Made by a program: the position numbers and the translations under genes. From contig CM060731.1 of NCBI GenBank assembly GCA_030704615.1, positions 39,804,001 to 39,868,000 on the forward strand: a stretch of DNA of 64,000 bases, in the 5' to 3' direction. The DNA is from Takakia lepidozioides. Taxonomy: Eukaryota; Plantae; Bryophyta. The notes beneath the pieces were generated by a model. The model saw only the letters and a program-made list of their open reading frames with translations, ran no database searches and was not told the origin of the DNA. Positions 26,800 to 38,053 of the stretch are shown here, one piece after another; the first letter of the stretch is position 1; each line of letters starts with the position of its first letter.

Positions 26800-28977
26800 A
26801 AAAGACTGACCGGAGAGGATACTGCGGGGGAAAATAAAAAGTCGAACAGACTTACTACAACATACTTCCGACACAACAGACTGACAAATTCACAAGTGCG
26901 ACAGACTAATATCCCAACATACGGACTTCCAGCAGACCGCCTCCAAACTGACTGACGAGCACGCGATAAAGGGAATATCCGGAGCACTGACGGGCCAGCG
27001 GACCCACTGCGAACAGACTCGCGGCACAACGGACCTCAAACATCCACGTGCATTTGCGGATGCAATTGTCTCAGCCTGGTTCGTCTCCTGGCAAATGCGA
27101 CAATGTACCGATTCTGCACGCTCCCGCCTAGAGATGGTCGTGGCTCAGACATCTGCATTCAGCAAGTGCGTGTGGATGTTTGAGGACCTTAGGACTGGAT
27201 GGTGTTCCGTGACGACTCGTATTGTTTTTTTTTGCTGCCATCCCTTATATAATACCATGTGGATACATCACAAAGCTGGGTTTCTTCAGATTCTCCACCC
27301 TTTTCACAACTTATGCACGACGGATGCAAGCCGCTATACTTGGTCACATAAATAGTTCCATCGTCCGATACAAAATCTGCAATACATGCCCCCATGTGCA
27401 TACGCTTCCGCCATTTTCGCGCCCATGTTACCCATGGGTTCTTTTAACGAACTAAACTTGTGAAGGCTCTCATGAGGCAGTACGAAGGGGTTAAATGTAT
27501 CATGACGGATCACAAGCAGAGGACGTTATCGAGGTCAGATGTCCACATTTTCCATATTTATGACATAGAACCACACCATAAAACGAAGGTTCCCGAAAGC
27601 ACAACAAGAAGGCAAAAATAGTGGAAGCATATGCACGATGGTGGCTGTAGTGCCAAGACAGTCCTCATGTTCAAGCACACGCTTCTCATCATCATGAACA
27701 TCGCGCGCGCAAAAGGAACAGTCGCGTGCATGGAAACGCCTACCGCAACATCAGACAACAAAGAGCCCGTAAAAAGAGAGAGGCCGGGATTTGGTGGCAA
27801 GATCATTGCCATTTTCCCAGCCCTAAAAATGGAGGGCTCGGATGGGTTATGGGAACGGACGGTGGAGATCCTGCGCCGTCAGCGGACTGGCCAGCAGGGG
27901 CCAACGGACGGCGGGCAGACTGGCGGACTGGCAGACTGGGAGGGCAGCGGACTCATGGGCGGGGGACTGGGCGGGTGGACTGGCCGCAGCGGAGGGGCGC
28001 GGGCGCTCGCTGGTAGGCCGCGGTTGCTGAAGCGGTGGGCGCGGCTGGGAGACCGCGCGAGCGGGCGGGCGGGGCGGGTGGGGGGGGGTGTGGGGAGCCG
28101 GCCGTCCGTGCGCGGGGCCCACCGGCCACCTCGCACGTGCCCATTGAAGATGCTATTATAATATATTAATTAATCACGAGGGGCCCGGGGGTGATCACTG
28201 ATTAGTTGATAGTAAAAATAACTAATTAACTTGGCTGATTAGTAAGTAGTAAATAGTGGGTTTACGGTTGAGTAGTAAGTGTCCGCTGTGAGGGTACTGA
28301 CGGAATATAAAAAGGTTGCAGTAACGGCAATCATCATTATTTTCAAACCCTAACCGTGCTTGGGTTTGGCGGCCGGGCTGCTACTAAGTAACTGGAGATG
28401 GATAGATGATTCGCTGTTAGTCTCTGAACGACGATTGCATAGATGATAAAATGGGTGGAGATCAGTTATATTTGGATTTTTAGGCTTCAAGTAAACCATT
28501 CATTCATTGAACTAGGCATCCAATATTTAGGGCTCTGTTTTCTTTTTCCTTTTCTTTTTTCTGTTTCTATTTTCTCTTTAGGTGATTTCGATTTTGAGAC
28601 ATCCGAGCTTCTTTTTTGTTTTTCTGGAAAACTTGACAACCATTTCGAGTACGAATGAGTGAGTTAGTCTGAACCACTAATTGAATTGAATCTTATGTAG
28701 CCTAAGCTTGTTTATAATTGATCTGTGACCTATTTTCAATTTCTTCAACATCAAGTTTGACTAATGACGACGGGATAGATAATAATTAGGCTTTCTTGCA
28801 ACCCAATATTCACTCAATTTGTGGACACTTTTCTTTTTCTTTTTTTAAGAAAAGAAAAATTTGTGGATTTTTTTCTTTTTTCTTTTTTTAAGGAAAAAAA
28901 AATCTGTGGACACTACTATAGTGCACAACAGCACCTATGTTTATTAGTATGCTGTTTAAGGCCTTGGCCTTCAGTCA

Positions 28978-28987
28978 CTATATAAAC
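28978..28987 (+). promoter_or_regulatory. Candidate TATA box of the repeat-protein gene
   Basis: CTATATAAAC about 120 nt upstream of ATG 29100; a second CTATAAAT at 29041. Confidence 0.4.
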
Positions 28988-29099
28988 TAAGTCTTTGGAG
29001 CGGCTTACCAACAATTTGTGTGTGCGTCTCTGTGATCTTGCTATAAATTTGGGAAGGGAGGAAGAGGTTTAGGTCTAGCTAAAGGATTGATTGCTTGCA

Positions 29100-30347
29100 A
29101 TGAAAACTGTGCAACGAATTCCTATGAGGCCTTCCCTCTTGTTTCTGTTTTTCTTAGTAGGGAGTGTGCAAGCTGCAGGAGAAGCTGTGGCATGGGCAAG
29201 TGGGTATGGTAATCTGAAGTACTTTGACGCTAAACACCCATTCTTGTACCATCCTCCTTCATTTGGAAGTTTTGGACATTTCGGAGGTTATCCCGGTTTG
29301 TTTCCCGGCGGCAGCAGTCCAGGATTTCCCAGTGGCGGCTTTCCATCATATCCCAATGGTGGCTTTCCATCATATCCCAGTGGTGGCCTTCCATCGTATC
29401 CTAGTGGCGGCTTTCCAGGATATCCCAGTGGTGGCTTCCCTTCATATCCCAGTGGTGGCGTTCTAGGATTTCCCGGTGTGCCTCTTGCAGAAGCTGTGGC
29501 ATCAGCAAGTGGGTATGGTAATCTGAAGTATTTCGATGCTAAACACCCATTCTTGTACCATCCTCCTCCGTTTGGAAGTTTTGGACATTTCGGAGGTTAT
29601 ACCGGTTTGTTTCCTGGTGGAAGCGGTCCAGGATTTCCCAGTGGTGGCTTTCCATCATATCCCAGTGGCGGCTTTCCATCGTATCCCAGTGGCGGCTTTC
29701 CATCGTATCCCAGTGGCGGCTTTCCGTCATATCCCAGTGGCGGCGTTCTAGGATTTCCCGGTGTGCCTCTTGCAGAAGCTGTGGCATCGGCAAGTGGGTA
29801 TGGTAATCTGAAGTACTTTGACGCTAAACACCCATTCTTGTACCATCCTCCTCCGTTTGGAAGTTTTGGACATTTCGGAGGTTATCCCGGTTTGTTTCCC
29901 GGCGGCAGCGGTCCAGGATTTCCCAGTGGTGGCTTTCCATCATATCCCAGTGGCAGCTTTCCATCATATCCCAGTGGCGGCTTTCCGTCATATCCCAGTG
30001 GTGGCTTTCCGTCATATCCCAGTGGTGGCTTTCCGTCATATCCCAGTGGTAGCGTTCTAGGATTTCCCGGTGTGTCTCTTGCAGAAACTGTGGCATCGGC
30101 AAGTGGGTATGGTAATCTGAAGTACTTCGACGCCAAACATCCATTCCTGTACCATCCTCCTCCGTTTGGAAGTTTTGGACATTTCGGAGGTTATCCCGGT
30201 TTGTTTCCCAGCGGCAGCAGTCCAGGATTTCCCAGTGGCGGCTTTCCATCATATCCCAGTGGCGGCTTTCCATCATATCCCAGTGGTGGCTTTCCAGGAT
30301 ATCCTAGTGGCGGCATTCTAGGATTTCCTAGTGTGCCTCCTCCATAA
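29100..30347 (+). CDS. Secreted Gly/Pro/Phe/Tyr-rich tandem-repeat protein (cell-wall protein or multi-peptide precursor), intronless
   Basis: Signal-peptide-like MRPSLLFLFFLVGSVQA; four macro-repeats starting at 29181, 29490, 29775 and 30084, each with EAVASASGYGNLKYFDAKHPFLYHPP plus PSGGFPSY octapeptides. Confidence 0.85.
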   Translation: MKTVQRIPMRPSLLFLFFLVGSVQAAGEAVAWASGYGNLKYFDAKHPFLYHPPSFGSFGHFGGYPGLFPGGSSPGFPSGGFPSYPNGGFPSYPSGGLPSYPSGGFPGYPSGGFPSYPSGGVLGFPGVPLAEAVASASGYGNLKYFDAKHPFLYHPPPFGSFGHFGGYTGLFPGGSGPGFPSGGFPSYPSGGFPSYPSGGFPSYPSGGFPSYPSGGVLGFPGVPLAEAVASASGYGNLKYFDAKHPFLYHPPPFGSFGHFGGYPGLFPGGSGPGFPSGGFPSYPSGSFPSYPSGGFPSYPSGGFPSYPSGGFPSYPSGSVLGFPGVSLAETVASASGYGNLKYFDAKHPFLYHPPPFGSFGHFGGYPGLFPSGSSPGFPSGGFPSYPSGGFPSYPSGGFPGYPSGGILGFPSVPPP

Positions 30348-31906
30348 GCTGTGACATGTGCAAGTACTGGTTATGGTAATGAGGTTTATTGCGTTACTAA
30401 ATATCCATAGTACCATTCTCCTCAGTTAGAGACTATGGCATGGGCAAGTGGTCATGGTTATCCATGATTTCCAGTAGGAGGACTAGGATGGACTGCATAT
30501 CAGACCCTTCAAGCCTGCAAGATTGCCTAGTCATAGAAGTGTAGCTAGCTGAAACATTGAAAGTTTTTTTTGTCTTGTATGTCAGCCATTTCATTTGAAT
30601 CAAATCAAGAAGTGTCATGGACTGAGTTTTCTTCACCCGCAGTCACTATTGTATGATTGTTGACAATGGTCACTGGTCTGGATCACTTGTTTAGCTAAAC
30701 TTCTACTTAAAAGTGGATAGTATTCAGACGTGCAGAGGATGAAGCATGATTGAATAGTGAGTTTGCCCACAAAGTTATTTTGCATAGAAGGTCCGGAGTC
30801 AGTAGCTTGACTCTGGTGGGAAGGCAGGGCCACTGGATCTTTATCTTCACCCTTTTCCAACACATTGTTCAGTAACCTGTGCAGCAGAGGATGGGCCCAT
30901 CCTACTTTTCAACAGAAATGTATGGCATGTTTGACAAGCAAGACCAACTTGCTTGACTCCCACTGCTGACAATGGAAGCCCATCACCTTGAGAGTCCCCA
31001 TCCATGTCAGTATTACTGACCCCTGTTTTCAGATCTACTGCAACAATTTTACAGATGAGAGTAAGAAATAGCAGTGAGGAAAAAAATTGCACCTCTGATT
31101 GTAATCTAGGTCTGGCGTTTTCATCATCTCTGTTAGAATTAAAGTTGAGAGCATTAGGGTAGTTGGTTGGTGTTGTGGCCACAATTTCTCCTGCGGGCAA
31201 CAGTCTTCACAGACACAGCAAAAAGATGGTGCCACACTAGAGAAGAACAACCCAATAGTTCATATGATTGGCCCACTGCTAGGTCAGACAAAAGATTGTT
31301 CAAAACCAGCTCTTAGTCATACATGCATTCTCGTTTCTACGCACTTAGCAGTCCCGATGTAACTTGACATCTGCACAAGCATCAGTCAAAGACATTCAGC
31401 TGGCTTTCTAAGAACCTCTTTCCCCTCAGCTATACCATATATTGCAGCAATGACACAGCCAGAAATGTTCCATTATGAAGCAACATCACTTCATCATGTT
31501 CAAGCTGATGACATCATTGAGATGTCATCCCTATGTTCCCGATATATAGAAGCTCATCCCCCGTCCTCTACTATTTCAATAAGCCATGTCAGCAATAGAG
31601 CCCACAGAAGAACAAATAATCTGACCATCACATGCCTGTCCTCTAAATGCCTAAGGGAAAGAAAAGAAACATGACAAGACTTCGCAACATGAGTAGAAAA
31701 AGAAAGTCTATCTGCCTAATAACCCCATGGTCTACAGCCAGGATAAGAAATGAAGGCCCAACACACAAGTATCATGGACTACTCTTAACGCCTAGATTCC
31801 AACCACCAAAACAATCATATCCACATTGAGCATCTTTTGAACAGCTTTCCACCCCCAATTCAAAGGTCTATGCCAATGGTTCATTCCTGCAACACTCAAG
31901 CTCTAT

Positions 31907-33330
31907 TCAAGCTGTAACAGGGTCTGCTTGAGGGGGGGTCTCAGGTGTAGCTGGGGCTGCACTTGGCGGGGTCGCTGCAGGCACAGTGGATTTTGCACCA
32001 TTTGCTGTAGTAGGAGTGACTGAGGGTGCTGGAGTTGCTGGCGGAGGGGGGGGGGGGGGCAGCATGTGGGCCGGAGGATTATGCTTCAGCTTTAGAAGGA
32101 CCTGCCGCATGCGGCCTAAATCAGTAGCCTTCCCAGGCTTGGGACCCTTGTTGGCCACCACGCCAATTTTCTTGTCCTTATCTTTGCCACGGCCCTTCAC
32201 CTCTAGTGATGCTGGCAGTTCATTGGGAATCAGCTCCGTCACTGCCTTCCAGTAGGCCTTATCTGCATTTTTGTGGAAGTTCTCCTGATTTGCTAGAAAA
32301 ACCTGCCCAATAGACAGCATGGCCATTAAGTTCAGTCTTGGGCAGAAGGGGGTCTAAGGCTCCCGATAGTAGTGAGACCTGCTGCCCTAATTGATGTCAT
32401 GTTTTGAAAGCATGAATTTCAAGAGCGTAAGGGATTACTCTTACAATCGACAGTGACTACGGAACAATACTGACCTTCTCTTTTTCGCGGTTGTTCTTCA
32501 CTTGAGATTCTCGGTTGACCTGGCGCTTTGCTATGTGATCAGACTTGTAGTCATCTGCATCATCGACAATTTGCTGGAGCTTCTGTCTCTCGGATCGCTC
32601 CTTTTCTTCAAGGCGAAGAGCATTCTGACTGCAATGACACCTCCAGGTCAAGGCAATGGCCGATCTCATGACACATACAAAGGAAAAAGTCGGGCCAGCC
32701 ACCCAAAGAAAGGCTTCACTTAATCATATACAAGACAAGTACAAAGAGGAGAACAGAACATGCGTAAGATCCTCCTTCAACTTCTTCTTTCATCAAGAAC
32801 ACCTGCCTTTTGCAGCTGGCACGGAATTGCAAAAGAATAATGGCATCAACAAGTGGCAGGGGTATGCTTTGTGCACAGCAACTGAAAAGGTGACAGAGAA
32901 GACATGACTATCAAACAATATCATAACCTAGTCTGGTAAAGCCTCAGAATGCAGCTAAAGAATACTTTTCTGTGGACGTTTCTGTTTGAGGATAAGAAGG
33001 ACAGTACCGCTTCCATTCTCGCAGGATCAGACCTTCCTCTGCCTGCATCTCATCGGGCGGGGGTAGAACGGCTCCGTTGCTCTCAGTAGGTACCTCTTGC
33101 GCAAAAAAGTCTTCATCAAGTTCCTTTCCACCGTAGCCTGTTCCATTCAGATTGTTAGGAGCCGAGTACTGCTGTGCAGAGTAATCGGGAGCTGAGTAAT
33201 CTGCGCTCTGCGTGAAAGCGGACTCAGAATCCGCGTCAAAAGAGTGGGTGTAAGAGTGGGTGTTGTACTGACTTCCACGACAATAATCACGGTAAATTAC
33301 TGCTATCAAGAATACTATTCTTCCCACCAT
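31907..33330 (-). CDS. CLC: Clathrin light chain; exons (33330?)-33008, 32628-32475, 32302-31907; 5' end uncertain
   Basis: VLPPPDEMQAEEGLILREWKR/QNALRLEEKE..NNREKEK/VFLANQENFHKNADKAYWKAVTELIPNE..GPKPGKATDLGRMRQVLLKLKHNPP is the plant CLC signature; GT-AG introns with consistent phases. Confidence 0.92.
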
Positions 33331-35159
33331 GCAAGAGCTTCAATGAGCTAAAACCCATCAAAAATACTTATGGCTGAGACACGATCTGTTCTCTTTCCAA
33401 TTGAAAGCCATTGGTTTGAAGTCTCTGTGGAGGGCGGCTGCTGGGTAAAAACTGTGCCAAATTTTAAAGTTCCATAAATATTAATGTTGTTCTACCTGAA
33501 TGGCGTGACAACTTACTAGCTGCTGAACCTTCATCATTTTTGTGTGTGTCTCTGTCATGCTTGTTACTGCACTAGCTCGCCTGCAAATACCTTGCATAGA
33601 CAAGTCTTGATTTAAACCCTGAAACAGTCTCAACACACTCCTCTAGTAGCTCCGTGAATTGAAATCGTTCACTAATCCATTCACAAACAATCTGGTAGGG
33701 CTCGCTAGATCGTTCACTATTGATCTAACTCGATAATTGCAGGAAAACTCAACGTATATTAGAATTTACAATGGAAAATCCTAGTCCTTACCGTCTACGC
33801 ACTCTTGCGTCTCTACGAAAAGCATAGATAGAGAAGAGAAATACATGCATAATCATATGTTCTCCAATACAGAATTAAGCTAGTAAAATTGCGTGAACGA
33901 GATACAGCCCTGGACACTCCCTCTGAATCACGATTTTCCTGTTGTGACTAACGCCATAATCTACCTAGTCAGCACAACATGTCATACATCCATGAAACTA
34001 TTCATTCATTAGAAGTAAGAATAGAATATTTTAGTGACACTTGTCTCGATCTAATTCAAAGCGTAATTATCAAAACCCATTGCATAGTCCTGCCGTAGGA
34101 AGGCAGGGCCAAACTATATGATTTTGTTATCCAAGCATGCATTTAGATATTGTATTGTGCATAAGTGTACAGTCTAGAGACGTGGGAATCTGCCATTACA
34201 TAGGAGTATCATACTCATACTGGGTTCGTCATAGCCCTCTTAGATTTGAGTGACCTCAGTGGAGGCCCATTTAGATTGTATTCTTTTGAGGTGGTCTACT
34301 TAACCCCTAACGGACGAGGCTGTTTTGGGTGGGCCCACTTCAAAACAGCACATACCCTCAGGGATGAGGTATATCTCCCAGCTAAGAAACATCCACAAGG
34401 ATGAACCGTATGAAAGGGAGGCTACCTACCTCATGCACCTGCTGTAAAACGTTCAGCCCATTTCATTCAGCCCATTTCACCGTGTCATTAGGAAGATTCT
34501 AAGAAAATGGTAAGCTCTAAATCTGTATTGTATTCCAATTTTAGAGGGAAAAATTGGTTTGACCAGGCAGTTGGACCGAAAAAATATTTTTTCCTTGCAA
34601 GATCCCAACCACATTCCAATTCTCAGGCACCTAAAGCAACTTGCCCCAAATTTGCAAAGCAGAATTCCAAAATCTTCATAGGGTTCCTTTGTATGGGAAA
34701 ACAGGGGGGTCAAAAAGCACTATTTGCTTCAATTAACCTGTAATTCAGCCATAGGGGTCGAAATTGGCATTGGAACCAGAATTCCAATGGTGGAATTGTT
34801 CCTCCTATGATTTCCTACTACCTCCAAAAAGAATTTCTGAATTCTAACCAAAATGCCGGCAGAGATTTCTAAGTAGGTGAATTTCTACTTGAATCCCAGC
34901 TCAGGCCATGTATTGCCTAAGTCGGTAGACAATTCCGGCTACAAAAAGGGGGCTACGTCACCGATTTACACAGAAAACTCGGGGGATCCCAAAATTGACA
35001 CCCAAAAAAAGGCCCGGGAATGCCCGACGTTTCGGCGTTCCACCCGACAAGCAACTGAAAAACTAACAACTACCAACCGTCACGAATGTGGCCCATCTGT
35101 CTTCAAGCTCCCCGTGAGCACCTGCTTTTCCTTTTAATGCAGCGAACCCAAACCACACA

Positions 35160-35760
35160 CCACCCCGAAGACATGATCCACGAACTACGGGGGAGTTGAA
35201 CCCCCCGATCTGCCCAGTGTGCAGACAGGGCCCCCCCCCCCCCAAGCAGCAAGCAGCACCCCCAAAACCACAACCAGCAAGCATGATTGCTGCCCCCCCC
35301 CCCAAAACTGTGAAACCACCCAAACACAACGCACACACGCCAACACTGAAGGACCCCCATCACCTCCACAGCCCCTCAACCAGCAGCAGCAGATCCTCAT
35401 CACCCCCACAGCCTGTGAACCATCACCAGCCCTTCCCCCATCACCAAAACAGCCCACAATGAGTAAGCAGCAGACCCCCATGACCCCCCACTCCCAAAAC
35501 TGCCCATCAACCAGCAGCAACATGACCCCCACACCCCTCCACTACCATTGAACCATCACCACCAGCCCCCCATGACCCCCACTGCCCTTCAACCAGCATG
35601 GACACACACAACCCCCCAACCCGAGAAGAACCCATACCCACCACAGATCAGAGATACCCACATCCCACGCCCCACGCACACACGCCATCCACAGCCTCCA
35701 GCATACCTACATGCAGTCCCACACCCTGGTGAACCCCCACCCACACAAACATGTATATGC
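35160..35760. repeat. C/A-rich low-complexity repeats inside the piggyBac element
   Basis: Recurrent CCCCATGACCCCCAC, CAACCAGCAGCA and poly-C runs. Confidence 0.6.
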
Positions 35761-35801
35761 ACACACAAAGAAAGAAGACAGTGCAGCAAGCCAGAATTCA
35801 G

Positions 35802-38053
35802 TCACCTCAAGGCATGCCAGCGTGCCTCATTCCAACACCGCCCAAGGCACAAGTGGTTGCCATCGCAGGCAAGGCAGTAATGGTGAGTACGAACATGGTA
35901 CATGACACACATTCGCCGTCGTGTGGTGTGAAGGCATTGATGCACAAACATGCATTCTGAATCCCCTGTGGTGTTTTGTCAGTGCAGCAGCCCCTTGTCA
36001 AACCATATGCCACAGCCAGATTGAACTGCAGATGGGTCATGGCCCGGCGCCCCCTCCTCTCTCTCCATTGCAGAATGTAAGATATACGCATTCACTAGCG
36101 TGGTATCCATAAGAAAAAAAAACAGATGATGCCACCACTTCTTTGTACACAGCTGCAAGCTGTACGCACCCCTAAGCTGGTCTTGCACATCTACCCCTCG
36201 CATGTACGTTTGGTATTGCACATGTGCAGGCACGGATGGCATAGGCACTCTCTGGTTTCCTACAAAACGGCGTATAGTCACAGGAGAGGAAGGGCTGCAA
36301 GCTGGCCTAGCTGCAGATGACAGTAAGAATACACCCTTCTTGTCCCACCACAACACAGCAGCCACCTCCCTGGACTCATGCATCATGTACCATGACTGCC
36401 CTTGCTTGGCAGTCTTGGATTTTTTCATTTTCAGCAAAGAGGGATGGAGACCATTTCTGTTCACTCTTACCGTGTCAATGGCCCGAGTGCCAAGTTTGGG
36501 CATGTCATATAGAAGCTGGACCCCTGGAAAGTAATTATCAGTGACATGGCCCAAACCATGCAGCCCGTCGGCCAGCCGGGTGACCACATCGTAAGGTTCC
36601 TTCTCCTTTCCCACTTTTCTGCCTCTCGCCATCTGGCCCTCCTGCATTCTTACCAGCATACACTGAAAAATCGTAGACATATGAAGTCTTCGAGTCAGTC
36701 AAGGCCCACACCTTGATGCTCCATTTGCATGGTTTCTTAGGCAAATACATCCTAATTGGGGAGTACTTCCCCTTGTAACGGATCATCACCTCGTCGACAG
36801 TCACCATTTTGTTCAGATTCCAGAGACTTTTACACCTATCCACAATCTCCTCACACACCCACCTAAGCTTTCCAAGCTTATCATAATTGCGACTCTTACG
36901 ATCTGCCACCAACGTGGCGTTGTCAACAAGATGCAAACAGCGGAGTATGGCCTCATACCTATCTCGAATCATCACTTTGTGGATGACAGGACAAGCGACA
37001 AATGTCTCCGAGTGTTGCCAGTAAAATCGTGTTCGGGGAAACTTCTTCATGCCCATGAAGATACAAACTCCAATCCAAGCCCTGAGCTCAGGAACAATGA
37101 GCTCTTTCCACCGAGGCCCCCCACGAGTGCCCGTACCGAAAGGTTCAGCAGCATAACGATTGGACTCCCTACATATTCGCCCAAACACCTGTCGCCTCCA
37201 AAACAAACCAAAAAACCAAATCGGATGTGAGCCCTTCATCTCAGGCAGGCAGGGACCAGGTTGAGGGCCAGAAAATGCAGCTCTATCACTCACAAAGTCA
37301 AAGCCTACGTTGGTGTCCCACGTCTTTGCCTTGAACAGCTCCACAAAATCGGCCGAGATTTCCTCATTACACTCCATATCAACCACCTCGTTTTCCCAGT
37401 CTGCTTTGTCAGCAGAGTCGCCCATGTACCCATCGTCACCCTCAAAATCCTCGTCCATGTCGGAGGAGGCCTCATCGTGGCCCAAAACAGGATTAGAAGA
37501 CCCCTCACCAAAAAGAACCAGTGCACCAGTATTGGGATGCATGTCCCCCAAAGCAGCCCGACCGACGGCAAGCATGCTCCCAGCATCCAGAGGCTTGCCA
37601 ACACATCCCACAACACCCGAATTCACCACTCCCTTATATCTTTTTCCTCACCACACCTTTGGGAGGTGCTGTGACACTTGCAGGAACCGACCTCTTTGCA
37701 CGAGCCAACTCCTTCAGACGCCTGACTGTCGGCATCAGGCCAGACATCATCTCTCAAAACAAAATTCACAACGTCACTGAACCCCTCCTTATCACCTTCC
37801 TCTCTTCTCTCTCTCCAACCAAGAATTAGAGCCACCTGGCGGCGTCTAAACAGAAAGCAAAAATTGTGAGGACGAGGGTGGCGAGGCCAACGATTGGTGA
37901 ACGGCGGTGGATGGCAAGAGACAGACACCCCAATATTACCTTGCAGTGCTGCTCCTCAACCGCCCACTCCCTTATAACCTCCAAGGCAGCTGCAAGCTCG
38001 GGTGGGGGCGACGGTGGCTCAGGCACAGGAGCGTCCTTCCTCTTTGGTGCCAT
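35802..38053 (-). pseudogene. piggyBac transposase (DDE_Tnp_1_7-like) with C-terminal cysteine-rich domain; frameshifted; short 5' exon 37940-38053
   Basis: MIRDRYEAILRCLHL, VTVDEVMIRYKG..MYLPKKPCKW, TDNYF, YQTYMRGVDVQDQL..KWW..FFLMD..VNAYIL; off-frame tail RRRMCVMY..THHYCLACDGNHLCLGRCW. Confidence 0.88.

Larger units (their letters stand above)
2081..28169 (-). mobile_element. Older repeat-rich host element (possibly a large Helitron), split into 2081-3123, 16384-19880 and 26800-28169 by LTR insertions
   Basis: The CAGACTG/AGTCTGCTG motif family recurs in all three segments. TSDs show the LTR elements are insertions, and removing them restores a reading frame. The AT-rich end A|TTAATATATTATAATAGC at 28169 resembles a Helitron 5' end (inference). 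Confidence 0.4.

Noticed and set aside
28170-28390. Possible Helitron 3' end and AAACCCTAA telomere unit
   Set aside because: Ends CTAAGT rather than CTAG|T, and there is only one telomeric unit; too weak to call.
29224-30276. Alternative-frame and antisense repeat ORFs
   Set aside because: Shadows of the repeat protein; only the main frame has a signal peptide and is fully open.
30847-31250. Short minus ORFs downstream of CLC
   Set aside because: No recognisable domain; likely 3' UTR or intergenic.
35063-35880. Pro- or Gly-rich ORFs resembling extensins
   Set aside because: Low-complexity C-rich DNA inside the piggyBac element.
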